Shown: positions 35,501 through 44,725 of the stretch, in pieces
Layout: the number at the start of each line of letters is the position of its first letter
How positions within the stretch are numbered: position 1 is the stretch's first letter
Virus record (IMG/VR): IMGVR_UViG_3300033150_001531
Coordinates: 276 to 64,275 of that record
From: a virus
Lineage: Duplodnaviria; Caudoviricetes
Length of the DNA stretch: 64,000 nucleotides
Strand: one strand, 5' to 3'
Program-made: the position numbers and the translations under genes
Notes under the pieces: model-generated
The model's database searches: none
What the model was told of the DNA's origin: nothing
Seen by the model: only the letters and a program-made list of their open reading frames with translations

Positions 35501-37609
35501 TCTATAAAATTGACATTTATCTCTTAAAAAATTATCTACAATCTTCCAATAACTAACAGTTCCGTTATTTCTTGTTCTATAATTTCCCGTAACTGTAATT
35601 GTAAAGGGATCCCCGGCGGTGTTAGATGCTATTTCATATTCTTCAAAAAATACAGTATCATTCGCTGTCCCATCGTCTCTACCTAATCTTAAAAAATAAC
35701 CCGCGTATTGATTCAACGTAGCAGAGAAACCACTAATACTAAACTCATAAGTTCCCTGCGTTGCAGTTAATGTCCCATCAGATTGACTCTTACTAACAGT
35801 TTCACTCGGTAAACTATTTGGATGACCAAAGATTTGAATTTTATTAGTAGTAAAATTATCATCACCAAGTGTAAGTGTTATATATAATTCATCTCCGGCT
35901 AAATTGCTAGGATTCCCTGTTGGATGAGCATCTAATGTAGTCCAAGCACCAAATTTATCAATATCCGGTAAATCTACATCAACACTATTTATGTCAGTGC
36001 TTACTGTTAATGTTGCAGGTGTTGTATAATCCGACCAACCAAAAACATTATGAACACGCGCAGTATATTCCCACTGCTCGGCTAGTTCAAGATCAAAACC
36101 TATCCGCGAATACGCATCAGACCTAGTATTTATAACACTCTCATGTTCTACATCACTAAAGCCTGTAGATGCAGAGAAAGATCCATTATCTTTTTTTCTT
36201 AGTTGTACTTCAAAAGAATCTACGCTGTCTGAATTTGTTGAAATTGTATTTATATGAAAATAAACATAAGTTGTAGTTCTAGACTTACCTACATAATAAG
36301 GGCTGCTTCCAGTAGTAATTGTTATTCCACTAGGAATATCAGTATCAGTGGTGTTTGTATAATCATTAAGAGTAAAGACATCTCCAGAATTACTTAAACT
36401 CCATACACTATCAACATCATCATCGTCGTAAAATTTTGCTCTAGCCCAATATTCTCCATATCCATGACTACTTACTCCTTGTGTGAATTCATAAGGAGTT
36501 GCATTATCAGTTTTACTAACAACTAAAGTCTGGTTTCCATCCGGGGTTCCGGTAGTCGGATTTCCATCACCAACAGCTGCATAATATAATTCAAAATCAC
36601 ACTTTTTAATATTAGCAAGTGCGGTGAGTGGTTGAGTACTTGTTGGCTTTTTTGCATTAACATAAATTCTATAGTTTCCCATAGAACTTAAATTAACTTC
36701 AGGTGTCGGAGGACCGCTAAAACTAGGTGCACTTGCACCCGCGAGTTCTGCGTTAATCTCAGAACTTAATGTTCCACTTTCTCCAATTTGATTAACTGCG
36801 CCAACTCTAAAATAATAAGTGTTTCCAACAAGAATTTTATTACTAGATTGTTTCGTAAATTTATATTGATAATGACCAGTTTCTGTCTCTTCTAGTTGAT
36901 TTCCACTAACAAAAATAGCATCATCAGAAGTTGTAATCCCAGAAGATGTATCATAATAAATTCTAAAACCTCTTAACGCTAAATTCTCAATTTCACTGCC
37001 CCCAACCCAATCCCATTCAAGCAGAATAAAATCTAAAATGCTTGTTGCATCAAAATTTGTCGGCGCAGGAAGTGTAAGCGCGAAATCACTTAACGTTATT
37101 ATTTGATGCTTTCCTGTCCAAATACATGCGTTAATTGCAACACCGCCAGAATGCGAACTTGCAGCAGTGTTATGCGATCCACGAGCATACAATGTTATGC
37201 TCCACGGATTAACACTTTTGTTAATCGTTTTAATCGTAACTAATTCATCTTCAATTCGAATCGTCGCATTAACTTTATAATATTTTTGGCCATAGTCCGG
37301 GGGATCAATTAAAACATTTAACTCACTATCATTGATAGCTGTATTTAATGTAGTATATCCCCCGGCATCTTTAATAACAGGTTTTATTTCTAACCCTGTT
37401 TTGGAGTAAGTAACATAACTTAAATCAAAATAAGTTTCTCCGATAACAGGATTAAACCTGATTTCCGCTTCATTTTGAATACCATCGAGTGAAGTGTTTG
37501 AATCTTGATTAGGTTTATTGTATGTTGCACCTAATTTAAAATCCTCAACTCCTTTACTTAACTCTTTAATGTAGCACTTAGCTCCCGCAGGAGTTACATA
37601 TTTTGACAT
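32585..37609 (-). CDS. large tail fibre / receptor-binding protein (1674 aa)
   Basis: FN3-like segments (PTNF..T...LLEWD, YYFRVGAVN), gpJ-like TADMGTLTSG / SAALGSITSG repeats, G/S/T-rich. Confidence 0.8.
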   Translation of the reverse strand: MSKYVTPAGAKCYIKELSKGVEDFKLGATYNKPNQDSNTSLDGIQNEAEIRFNPVIGETYFDLSYVTYSKTGLEIKPVIKDAGGYTTLNTAINDSELNVLIDPPDYGQKYYKVNATIRIEDELVTIKTINKSVNPWSITLYARGSHNTAASSHSGGVAINACIWTGKHQIITLSDFALTLPAPTNFDATSILDFILLEWDWVGGSEIENLALRGFRIYYDTSSGITTSDDAIFVSGNQLEETETGHYQYKFTKQSSNKILVGNTYYFRVGAVNQIGESGTLSSEINAELAGASAPSFSGPPTPEVNLSSMGNYRIYVNAKKPTSTQPLTALANIKKCDFELYYAAVGDGNPTTGTPDGNQTLVVSKTDNATPYEFTQGVSSHGYGEYWARAKFYDDDDVDSVWSLSNSGDVFTLNDYTNTTDTDIPSGITITTGSSPYYVGKSRTTTYVYFHINTISTNSDSVDSFEVQLRKKDNGSFSASTGFSDVEHESVINTRSDAYSRIGFDLELAEQWEYTARVHNVFGWSDYTTPATLTVSTDINSVDVDLPDIDKFGAWTTLDAHPTGNPSNLAGDELYITLTLGDDNFTTNKIQIFGHPNSLPSETVSKSQSDGTLTATQGTYEFSISGFSATLNQYAGYFLRLGRDDGTANDTVFFEEYEIASNTAGDPFTITVTGNYRTRNNGTVSYWKIVDNFLRDKCQFYREVAVLPGTEYVQPELRYRARKTTSGNGLVVAARAVNVFGPGALRYSDSTITGTLTPGSAVEKDIAGIVEDDVDDGAITAGKQSVGSIPVICSIFVSPLTGNEYRGAEWTSGYVWLPDGATESISSGNSGTLSTDAVYYLYKTSGNSNLSVSTSPSDALGDNKYLIGTIITTSDTNENITYLPSTGTSSIIAANIVACNYLSAFTADMGTLTSGVIRCPGTGTSYIKIDGNAGTPEIQAFGNNIQTVSIKADGSGFLGTGTDKIVWGTGGITSIPGGPIDADTIPTASLKAQARRFFTNMEFYASDYRTVKWRKWGGGDGTITIEGESAKTVNASTTGTGSMTTGSGDIYYIYYVVDNATLQVTKDYATDIEGHEDRIVMCLAWASSNTNAMAAYIPIVGVLGINDTVIGDNSISTGMVQADAITTNELAANSVTATEINVAQLSAISAALGSITSGTITGALIRTAASGARVFLNSAGITMKNSSDVNTARFDASDGSGWLGTSGGFAWDSSGDITATGITLRTGASGGRVEIDASSGFNAYDTSGNNLVSIPVSGIHAGSILLTQDDSAPGKLIFGSGSSIYSTTTNDDLYIAPETGGTEYLHLGGESTRWNSVFIEVEDYASVQCSGTSTSSVTLDGSTTDPFIILRTDYGTIVQSSLEVRANDATYGESVLCYIHNVIKLAVQSSEISVACDIIPFTDDAYDLGSASKAFADGYFEGDVRVDRLISKDDSDRMIDMNVSSGIAIDSSTSNPYSRMYVSNSQCFLRSRDSSGYDSGIYIADNSVEIKVDGATVFDAQEDTVYVGSNDSAPYALLSLATTLICLGYYSVSGWEGNVLCTENAVSLRHSTTQKLTVTSSSIILKEDITCDTDSAYDIGTDGVRVANIYCDTIYRNAEADIAFANKWKIREFGVTDEMVEWAAEHGDVSRIAKYDKGIQIMDKEGEIVAVFHDDGFYVKGGKVKDLNELNLI

Positions 37610-37662
37610 TTTATTCTATTCCTAGAAAGAGAAAGAAAAACAAAAACAAAAACAAAAATAAA

Positions 37663-39144
37663 CTAATACGCTGTTACGAAAACATTGTATCTACTTTCGT
37701 TTGTGTTTGTATCTGTTGCGTGAAGCGTCATCATATATTCACCTTTGCCTTCTGTTACTATTGAAGCATCTGTTGGGAGATATTGACTAGGAAAATATGC
37801 GTTTGGCTCTAGTTGCATTCCCCAAACATAAAGACTTGAAGAGCCGTCGCCAGTATAAAAGGCTGTTGTGCCATTAAGTAGAGATACATTTAAATATGGA
37901 TTCATCGTACCAGATTCACTCATACAACTAATATGAATCCTGTACCAATCATTAGGATATGCTTCAATTTTATAATCAAGTAAGTATGCAATATTGTATC
38001 TCGCAATCAAAGACCCATCAGATAAATCTACTGAAACTCCTGTAGGATGACTAGGAGTATCATGTTTTCCTCTAATAACAACCCGCGCATTTCTTGTCCC
38101 TGAAGCCCTTTTAAGAAAAACACTACCAGCAATAGGTTCATTATCTTCAAAAGACGAATTTAAAAGTGTTTTATAAATATAATGTGATGTTGAATCAGAT
38201 GTATCTTCTATAACTTCATCAGCGGTAGTTGCTCCATCAGGCGCAATTCCAACATCATCAGAAACAGATACTCTAATAAGAGATTTCCCAGTCGTCATAT
38301 CTTCAGAATACAGCATTAAATTCGAAGTTTCACACTTAAACTCAAATAACCTCGCAATGTATGTTAAATCTCTCCCATCAATAATCTTATATTCATCTGC
38401 ATTATCAAAATCATTATCAGTTCCACCACTCAAACTAACACTAATCTTATGCTCACTATCAACACTTGTAACAATCCCCTCGCTTCCATCAGTAACATTC
38501 TGTAACGTATCAACACCCTCAACAATATTAGAATTCTTAAAAGACACATTTTTATTATACAAAAATGCACTTCCATCCGCTCCAGTATGTATTCCTTGTG
38601 CTTTTACAGCACGCTCAATGTCCATTTCGCGTGCGTTTTTAAAACCAGAAACGCTAAACTTAACACTATCAAGATAAGTATCATCTTCAGCAATACGCAA
38701 CCCTAAGAATGGTTTTATTGCATTTCCACTCTTAACAATAATATTGTCGCTATATCCTTCAATTTTACAAACAACTTCAATACTTTTACTTAAAACACTA
38801 GAATCACTAAGCGTGATTTCTAAATCAAAAGTGTGTGTTCCATACGCATTAATTGTATTCGTTACAAATTTTGTAGCTGTCAATAAATCTGGATAAGAGC
38901 CGACACTAATATTATTCCAAGATCCAGAATTTTTTCTCCAACGAATACTACTTGGAGGATAATCTGCAATTAAATTTAAACTTCTAAAAGGATAAATACT
39001 CTTACCTAAAATGCAAGATTGCCCTTTAAGGATTAAGACGTATGTCTCATAATCATCCTCAGCATACACTGGAGCTACACGCTCTGAATGTTTTACTGGC
39101 GCAACTCTTAGATTACTAGCTATTACTTTGCGTAGATTTGCCAC
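37663..39144 (-). CDS. tail/spike protein with carbohydrate-binding-like C-terminal domain
   Basis: NLMLYSED...WYRI...GDGSSSLYVWGMQLE...SQYLPT, a pattern typical of phage spike-fibre domains. Confidence 0.65.
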   Translation of the reverse strand: MANLRKVIASNLRVAPVKHSERVAPVYAEDDYETYVLILKGQSCILGKSIYPFRSLNLIADYPPSSIRWRKNSGSWNNISVGSYPDLLTATKFVTNTINAYGTHTFDLEITLSDSSVLSKSIEVVCKIEGYSDNIIVKSGNAIKPFLGLRIAEDDTYLDSVKFSVSGFKNAREMDIERAVKAQGIHTGADGSAFLYNKNVSFKNSNIVEGVDTLQNVTDGSEGIVTSVDSEHKISVSLSGGTDNDFDNADEYKIIDGRDLTYIARLFEFKCETSNLMLYSEDMTTGKSLIRVSVSDDVGIAPDGATTADEVIEDTSDSTSHYIYKTLLNSSFEDNEPIAGSVFLKRASGTRNARVVIRGKHDTPSHPTGVSVDLSDGSLIARYNIAYLLDYKIEAYPNDWYRIHISCMSESGTMNPYLNVSLLNGTTAFYTGDGSSSLYVWGMQLEPNAYFPSQYLPTDASIVTEGKGEYMMTLHATDTNTNESRYNVFVTAY

Positions 39145-39598
39145 GATTAAACTCTTCTAATTTTGCTTCATCTTCTGCCTGTGTTCTGTTTTTAACCACA
39201 GAAAGCTCATCTAACAACACAGGAACTGCAAATGCTTGAAACGCAGGCCATTTCGAACATTTATGCATTTCATCATAAATTCTATCAAAATCTGTACGAC
39301 TTAACTGAATTTCATCAGGGATGTGATCAACTTCATCGCCAAAAACAAGTCTCAACATACGATAAAAACGCGCTTCATCTGCATCCATTTGTTGATGATT
39401 TGATGTAAATGCAATTAAAATCAACTGACCAGTTAATTCTGGATAAGTAAGATAATCTTCTTCTCCATCTTTAGTTTTTCCGCGATACAATTGCTTCTTC
39501 GTAAATCCATAGTCTAGATTCGTTCTTAGAATTTTAAAAGGTGCATTACTCATGATTTTTCTCCTAATTTGTCGTTCTAGTTTTCGTTTAAAGTTCAT
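39116..39598 (-). CDS. hypothetical tail-region protein
   Basis: Position in the tail operon. Confidence 0.6.
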   Translation of the reverse strand: MNFKRKLERQIRRKIMSNAPFKILRTNLDYGFTKKQLYRGKTKDGEEDYLTYPELTGQLILIAFTSNHQQMDADEARFYRMLRLVFGDEVDHIPDEIQLSRTDFDRIYDEMHKCSKWPAFQAFAVPVLLDELSVVKNRTQAEDEAKLEEFNRGKSTQSNS

Positions 39599-39604
39599 AC
39601 TCGT

Positions 39605-40519
39605 TTATGTTAAAGCCACAGTGCCAGATTTAGCAGTTCCAGCAGTATATTTTACTCTAAACCTCAAAACATTGCTTGTTTCATCAATTTCAAAAGCAAG
39701 ACCATTATTAAAATCCGGCGTCACCGTCCCATTAGGTACATAAAGTGTAGCTACTCTTGTACTAACATTAAGATCCAAAATCTTATTTCCTGTTGAAGTT
39801 CTAAAAGTCATATTACCTGTACTTGCTTCAGGGTCGAAAAACAAACTTGTCCCACTTTGTTGAATATCAGTATAATTTCCAGCAGAGTCCTCAATTCGAA
39901 AAATAGGAGCCGCCCCTTGAAGATGCAAATCTTTAGCTGGAGTTCCTCCAATTCCAACTCGTTCATTAGATGTGTCTACGACAAAGATATCTCCAGTATC
40001 ACCATCTTTTCTAACTAAAAATGCTTCAGCACTGGTCCCATCAATAATTATACTACTAAATGTTGCACTTCCTGTAGTATAAGGTACACTATAAGTGACG
40101 ACAACATCAAAATCCTTAGACTGTGAATCATCATTATCAACACGAATATGAAATTCATCACTACTATCATCATCTTCGTAAGGAAACAAAAAACCTTCCA
40201 ACAACTCACTATAAGTACTTCCATCATATGATGCAGGATCATACAATTTAGTACTCCCCGGTCCAAGCTCATAAACTTTAGTATCCGATGCAAAAGTATC
40301 TTTCTTGAAAAATGATACTGTACATTCTCCAGCATCGACACTTGGAGTACAAGTAACTTTATGAACATGGACAAAACTAACAGCTTCAGGAATAGCAAAA
40401 CTCTGTTCACTATAACTACTTGCTCCAACCGATGTAAAATTAAACGTTCTTGATATTAAACTACTCATTTTATCGCTCGCTCCCCGGCATATCTGGAAAC
40501 GTAACTTCAGTAGAAACAA
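39605..40519 (-). CDS. tail fibre-associated protein
   Basis: VGIGGTPAKDLH beta-rich fibre motif; likely start at MSSLISR (40448). Confidence 0.65.
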   Translation of the reverse strand: MFLLKLRFQICRGASDKMSSLISRTFNFTSVGASSYSEQSFAIPEAVSFVHVHKVTCTPSVDAGECTVSFFKKDTFASDTKVYELGPGSTKLYDPASYDGSTYSELLEGFLFPYEDDDSSDEFHIRVDNDDSQSKDFDVVVTYSVPYTTGSATFSSIIIDGTSAEAFLVRKDGDTGDIFVVDTSNERVGIGGTPAKDLHLQGAAPIFRIEDSAGNYTDIQQSGTSLFFDPEASTGNMTFRTSTGNKILDLNVSTRVATLYVPNGTVTPDFNNGLAFEIDETSNVLRFRVKYTAGTAKSGTVALT

Positions 40520-43500
40520 CTACTTCCAAATCGCCGGTATTTGTAGTATTATAAGCTATTGATGGCGTGCTGGGGACAACCGCAGCAGGGATTCCAGTAG
40601 AATCCATATCTAAATAATCAACAACAATTTTCAGGTCGTTTCCAAAATTCTGTGTGCTGTCGTTATAAATTTCATTTAAATGTATTTGACATTCAAAACT
40701 TCTAACAAATTTATTATCTTCTGTAATTTTTAAAACCCTAAAAAACAACGGCCCATCATCATAAGGCACAAAATCAACAGCACCACCCATAAATTTAGCT
40801 CTCAAAACATCACTTTCAACACAAATGATATCTCCGGGCTGTATTTTCTGTGCGGTTTTTAAACTTGTTTGAAAAGAACAATAAAAATTTCCATAAAAGT
40901 CTTCCCGAACCATAAGTGCTAGTCTGCGTGCTGCTTGATCTACTGAAGATGTTAATGGAAGTTGTACTTCTTTTTTAATCTTTCTTCTAGTATTAACTTC
41001 CCCAAATCTTCTACCAGCTTCAAATTGCGCAACTTTACTTCTAACAGTTACTTTAGTAGTTAAAAAATCTCTGCTTGCATCAGGAAACGTCACACTATAC
41101 TCATTAGCGATATCTCGAATATCTTTTCTCCAACACTGAAGACTACTTTCTTCTGTGTTTGCATTCCTTAGAATATTTCGGTTACTTCCTTTATCAGTGA
41201 AAAATCTATCACTTACAACATCATCCAATTCCGCCTGTGTTAACGCTCTTCTATAAACTATTTCAATCTTTCCCTCTTCGTTCATTCTCCAATTCGCAGC
41301 AGCTTCATCAAGAACACTTGTTAAAACGCTATGAATACTCTCGTTCTTGCTTAATACTCCATTCGCATTCCAACGTCTGACACTGCCCCCAGAGAACAAA
41401 TTACCAGAGCCATAAATAACAAAATTCTTTGGCTCAAAACTTCCAAAAGGTCTGTCAATCGTTATTAAAACTACATTTCGTGGTTCATCACCAATCGAAT
41501 TTATTTCAGTTACGCCAAAAGAACCGTAATCTACTTCAACAATAATCTGTTCTTCAAGACTTGCAGAATCAACAACTAATATACCCCCGCTAAGGATGCG
41601 TGCATTAAATGTATTATTGTTGTTGTCTTTAAATTGAATTGCGAAACCTCTGAAAGCACTTATTTTTGGTGCCCAATCATAAACCATGACGCTATATTGG
41701 GAATATTGATCGACTGTCTGTTGGGCTATAATATTTGTAGAATCTACACCGAAAAGATCACCATAACCGTCATTATCTTCATCACCAATACAAAAGTTAG
41801 AAAAATCTATAAAACTCTCTAAATCTAAATTAGAAGAACCAAAACCACCACCCCAAATTGGATTAGTTAAAACATGATAAGCAACTAAAGCAAAATCAGG
41901 ATATATAGTATATCTGTAAGTTAAACCTCCGTCTTTTAGATCAAACATAGGATCGTGATAAGGTTCAAGTCTAGGCCAAGAAAAAGGAACTTCGTATAAT
42001 GTACCAGCTAAATCAACACTTCCAGTCAGTTGTTCTAAATTATCTTCGTTGGACTCAATGCGCACACGCATTGCTGTTATACCCGACCATGAAATACCAT
42101 CACCATAACCATCATTAAATAAGAAGGGGAGTCCATAATGCGCTCCATCAGCTACTCCATTCCCATAAGTATCTAAGCTAATGTAGTTATTATGCATATA
42201 TGCTTTTCTAGCACCAATACCCCATCGAATCCTTCTAACATGTCTTTCATTGTTTGGATCTTCAAAAATCCTATCATCTTCATGTCCGGGTTTACTTCCA
42301 CGCCAAACATTAAACTGTACAAAAGGTTCATGCTGAATAACTAAGTTTGTGTTGTTAAAATCTCGCTGATCCGCATCATGTGTTCTGTTATTTATGAATG
42401 GATGCCCAATTAAATACTGAACACCCTCACAAATTAAGAAAAACCCATGTTGAAAATCGCCGGCAGGTGCCCAGCAATAACTTTTAATTCCGTTAAGTCT
42501 ATAAGGACCAAAGACTACAGGAATTATACTACCATCCATAGATTCTTGAGTCTCTGGAATCCTAGTAAATGGATCACCGGAATCTCCACCAAATAATTTA
42601 CCACTACTTGGCGTTTTTCCTTTATAAGTTACAGGAGATGCTTCGGTTCTACCACCAAATTCTCTCCTTCCATCACTAACATAAAGCGGCGTTCCATTGC
42701 TTCCAGCTTGCCAAGTTCCATATCTTCCCCGCGCTTTACATTCAGATTCAAGACCACCACAAAAAGTATAAGGAGTTCCTAAATTAAGTAAATCTCCAGA
42801 AGAAATTTCTTTGGTTCCATTATAACCTGTATTAAACCACTCAACTTCTAATTCTGTACTACTATTTACGCTTGTAACTCTAAAATAACAATTTTTTGTT
42901 GCATTATGCAAAAACCAACCTTCTTGCACCGCCGGTCTTGTACTAGAACCATCGAATCCGCTACCAGTAATTACATATGTATTTCCGCTAGGACTAACTG
43001 TTGACGAATGCGTCCAAGAATAAATTTTTTTCGGAAGTCCTCTACCTTTCAACAATTTATAACTGCATCCTACTTGATCTGCAAAAACAAATGGACAAGT
43101 AACATCTAAGCTGCGCCCAAAACTTTGCATCAAGTTGTGAGGCATGAATTGAATATCCCAATCAAATGTAAATTCTCCCCATTTAGGTGCATTTCCCACA
43201 CCCTGCCAAATCTGGATCACCTCCTTTATATTAGGAAAGCACCTCCATAATTCAACTTTAGCATTTTCAAAGAGTTTTGCACCTCCATTCTTAGCCATCA
43301 ACTTCTCAATATCGTGGTCATCAGAAGTTAATCGATGCGCTACTGTAAAAGAAATTTCAGTATCTTCGCCGTCTAAAGCCCAACTCTTACTTGAGATATC
43401 GATAATTCTAGCTTGAAAATAACTTGGATTTGCATTATTTGGAAAACCGTTAAAATTATAATATTGAGCATCTATTTTTGTTGTAGACCAGAAACGGTAG

Positions 43501-43595
43501 ACATTATTTCCAAAATTAATAATGCATAAATCTATTGCAGCTAAATTACTAGCATCTACCTCTGCTTCTACTGTACTGCTATAAGAAAGAGTCAT
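40470..43595 (-). CDS. baseplate hub / central tail protein (gpJ-like)
   Basis: CPFVF...GC..., IIPVVFG, C-terminal NEYSVTF...QAARRL...IQPGDIICV. Confidence 0.75.
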   Translation of the reverse strand: MTLSYSSTVEAEVDASNLAAIDLCIINFGNNVYRFWSTTKIDAQYYNFNGFPNNANPSYFQARIIDISSKSWALDGEDTEISFTVAHRLTSDDHDIEKLMAKNGGAKLFENAKVELWRCFPNIKEVIQIWQGVGNAPKWGEFTFDWDIQFMPHNLMQSFGRSLDVTCPFVFADQVGCSYKLLKGRGLPKKIYSWTHSSTVSPSGNTYVITGSGFDGSSTRPAVQEGWFLHNATKNCYFRVTSVNSSTELEVEWFNTGYNGTKEISSGDLLNLGTPYTFCGGLESECKARGRYGTWQAGSNGTPLYVSDGRREFGGRTEASPVTYKGKTPSSGKLFGGDSGDPFTRIPETQESMDGSIIPVVFGPYRLNGIKSYCWAPAGDFQHGFFLICEGVQYLIGHPFINNRTHDADQRDFNNTNLVIQHEPFVQFNVWRGSKPGHEDDRIFEDPNNERHVRRIRWGIGARKAYMHNNYISLDTYGNGVADGAHYGLPFLFNDGYGDGISWSGITAMRVRIESNEDNLEQLTGSVDLAGTLYEVPFSWPRLEPYHDPMFDLKDGGLTYRYTIYPDFALVAYHVLTNPIWGGGFGSSNLDLESFIDFSNFCIGDEDNDGYGDLFGVDSTNIIAQQTVDQYSQYSVMVYDWAPKISAFRGFAIQFKDNNNNTFNARILSGGILVVDSASLEEQIIVEVDYGSFGVTEINSIGDEPRNVVLITIDRPFGSFEPKNFVIYGSGNLFSGGSVRRWNANGVLSKNESIHSVLTSVLDEAAANWRMNEEGKIEIVYRRALTQAELDDVVSDRFFTDKGSNRNILRNANTEESSLQCWRKDIRDIANEYSVTFPDASRDFLTTKVTVRSKVAQFEAGRRFGEVNTRRKIKKEVQLPLTSSVDQAARRLALMVREDFYGNFYCSFQTSLKTAQKIQPGDIICVESDVLRAKFMGGAVDFVPYDDGPLFFRVLKITEDNKFVRSFECQIHLNEIYNDSTQNFGNDLKIVVDYLDMDSTGIPAAVVPSTPSIAYNTTNTGDLEVVVSTEVTFPDMPGSER

Positions 43596-44176
43596 TTTAT
43601 ATTAGGCTCCACTTTAATACTAATACATGTATTTCCGTTGCTAAGAACACTATGAGGAACTTGATCAGTTCTAAGCAAACGCGCTACTGCTCGTGTCATT
43701 TCAAGTAAAACATTAGATTCAGTTACAGAAACAACACCCAGCACAGGAATATTACATTTTTTACGCGCATTCGCAAGTACTGTTACACATATTGTTTCAT
43801 TCTCTTTATAATATTGAGATATTTTAGAGTTTTCATTCAACCAAACGCCAGCATCTCCATTAGTAGCAGCATTACTTATTAGTGCCTGACCAATAAAAAC
43901 TTTATCAAGAGCTAATCGAGCTTTCATCATCTGTAAAATATCTTTCACATCTGATTGTATCGACGCTGAACGTGAATCAAGTGCTTGTATTCTACTTTCT
44001 ACTACTTGCATTCTTTTAGGCAAACTATTTTGTTTTTGCACCCAAGTATATGCGTGTCCAATAACAAGACTGCCTCCAGCGATAATTATTGCAATTAAAA
44101 TACTTGTTATTAAATTTCCCCAATTAACCCACTTTGGTCCAGGAAGCGGTTTCATATTATTTAATTTTTTAATCAT
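43592..44176 (-). CDS. membrane-anchored protein: TM + coiled coil + beta domain
   Basis: LITSILIAIIIAGGSLVI followed by a heptad region. Confidence 0.65.
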   Translation of the reverse strand: MIKKLNNMKPLPGPKWVNWGNLITSILIAIIIAGGSLVIGHAYTWVQKQNSLPKRMQVVESRIQALDSRSASIQSDVKDILQMMKARLALDKVFIGQALISNAATNGDAGVWLNENSKISQYYKENETICVTVLANARKKCNIPVLGVVSVTESNVLLEMTRAVARLLRTDQVPHSVLSNGNTCISIKVEPNIK

Positions 44177-44722
44177 TTAATCTGCTACCTCAATTACTTG
44201 TAATCCATCAACAGAAGTTAAACAACGCTGCATACGGGAAAATGAAATCATTCCGTCAGCAAATCTAACAGTAAAACGACCAGTTGTATTATATACAGTT
44301 TCTCCTAAACTATTTGTACCTGAAGCACTATCACTTCCTAACCAAGTACTTCTATCATCATTTATTCCAGGATCATACCAATAAAAAGACAGAAACCTAA
44401 CTTTATTGTTGGTGCTGTCATAAAATAAGTTATGATAAAATTCTAAGAGTTTTTCAAGTGAATCATCTAAGAGTGCATTTCCACTGAAAGGATCAGATCG
44501 AAAAACAATATTTCTTATAGAAATGCTCCAAGTACGCCACACAGGAAACACTGCAAGCGTCCCAGTTCCATCATCACGAGATAAAGATGTATCAAGTCCG
44601 CCAGGGAGAATCCTTTGCTCTTGACCCTGACCGAAAGTATTAATAACAGCTTTAATTTGATATTCGTGATCTAATGGAGTGCGGATCGCTTGAATTGGAA
44701 AAACTGGTCTATCGCTTGCCAT
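44177..44722 (-). CDS. distal tail protein-like
   Basis: Immediately after the TMP; RFLSFYWYDP...FTVRFAD. Confidence 0.65.
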   Translation of the reverse strand: MASDRPVFPIQAIRTPLDHEYQIKAVINTFGQGQEQRILPGGLDTSLSRDDGTGTLAVFPVWRTWSISIRNIVFRSDPFSGNALLDDSLEKLLEFYHNLFYDSTNNKVRFLSFYWYDPGINDDRSTWLGSDSASGTNSLGETVYNTTGRFTVRFADGMISFSRMQRCLTSVDGLQVIEVAD

Positions 44723-44725
44723 TTG

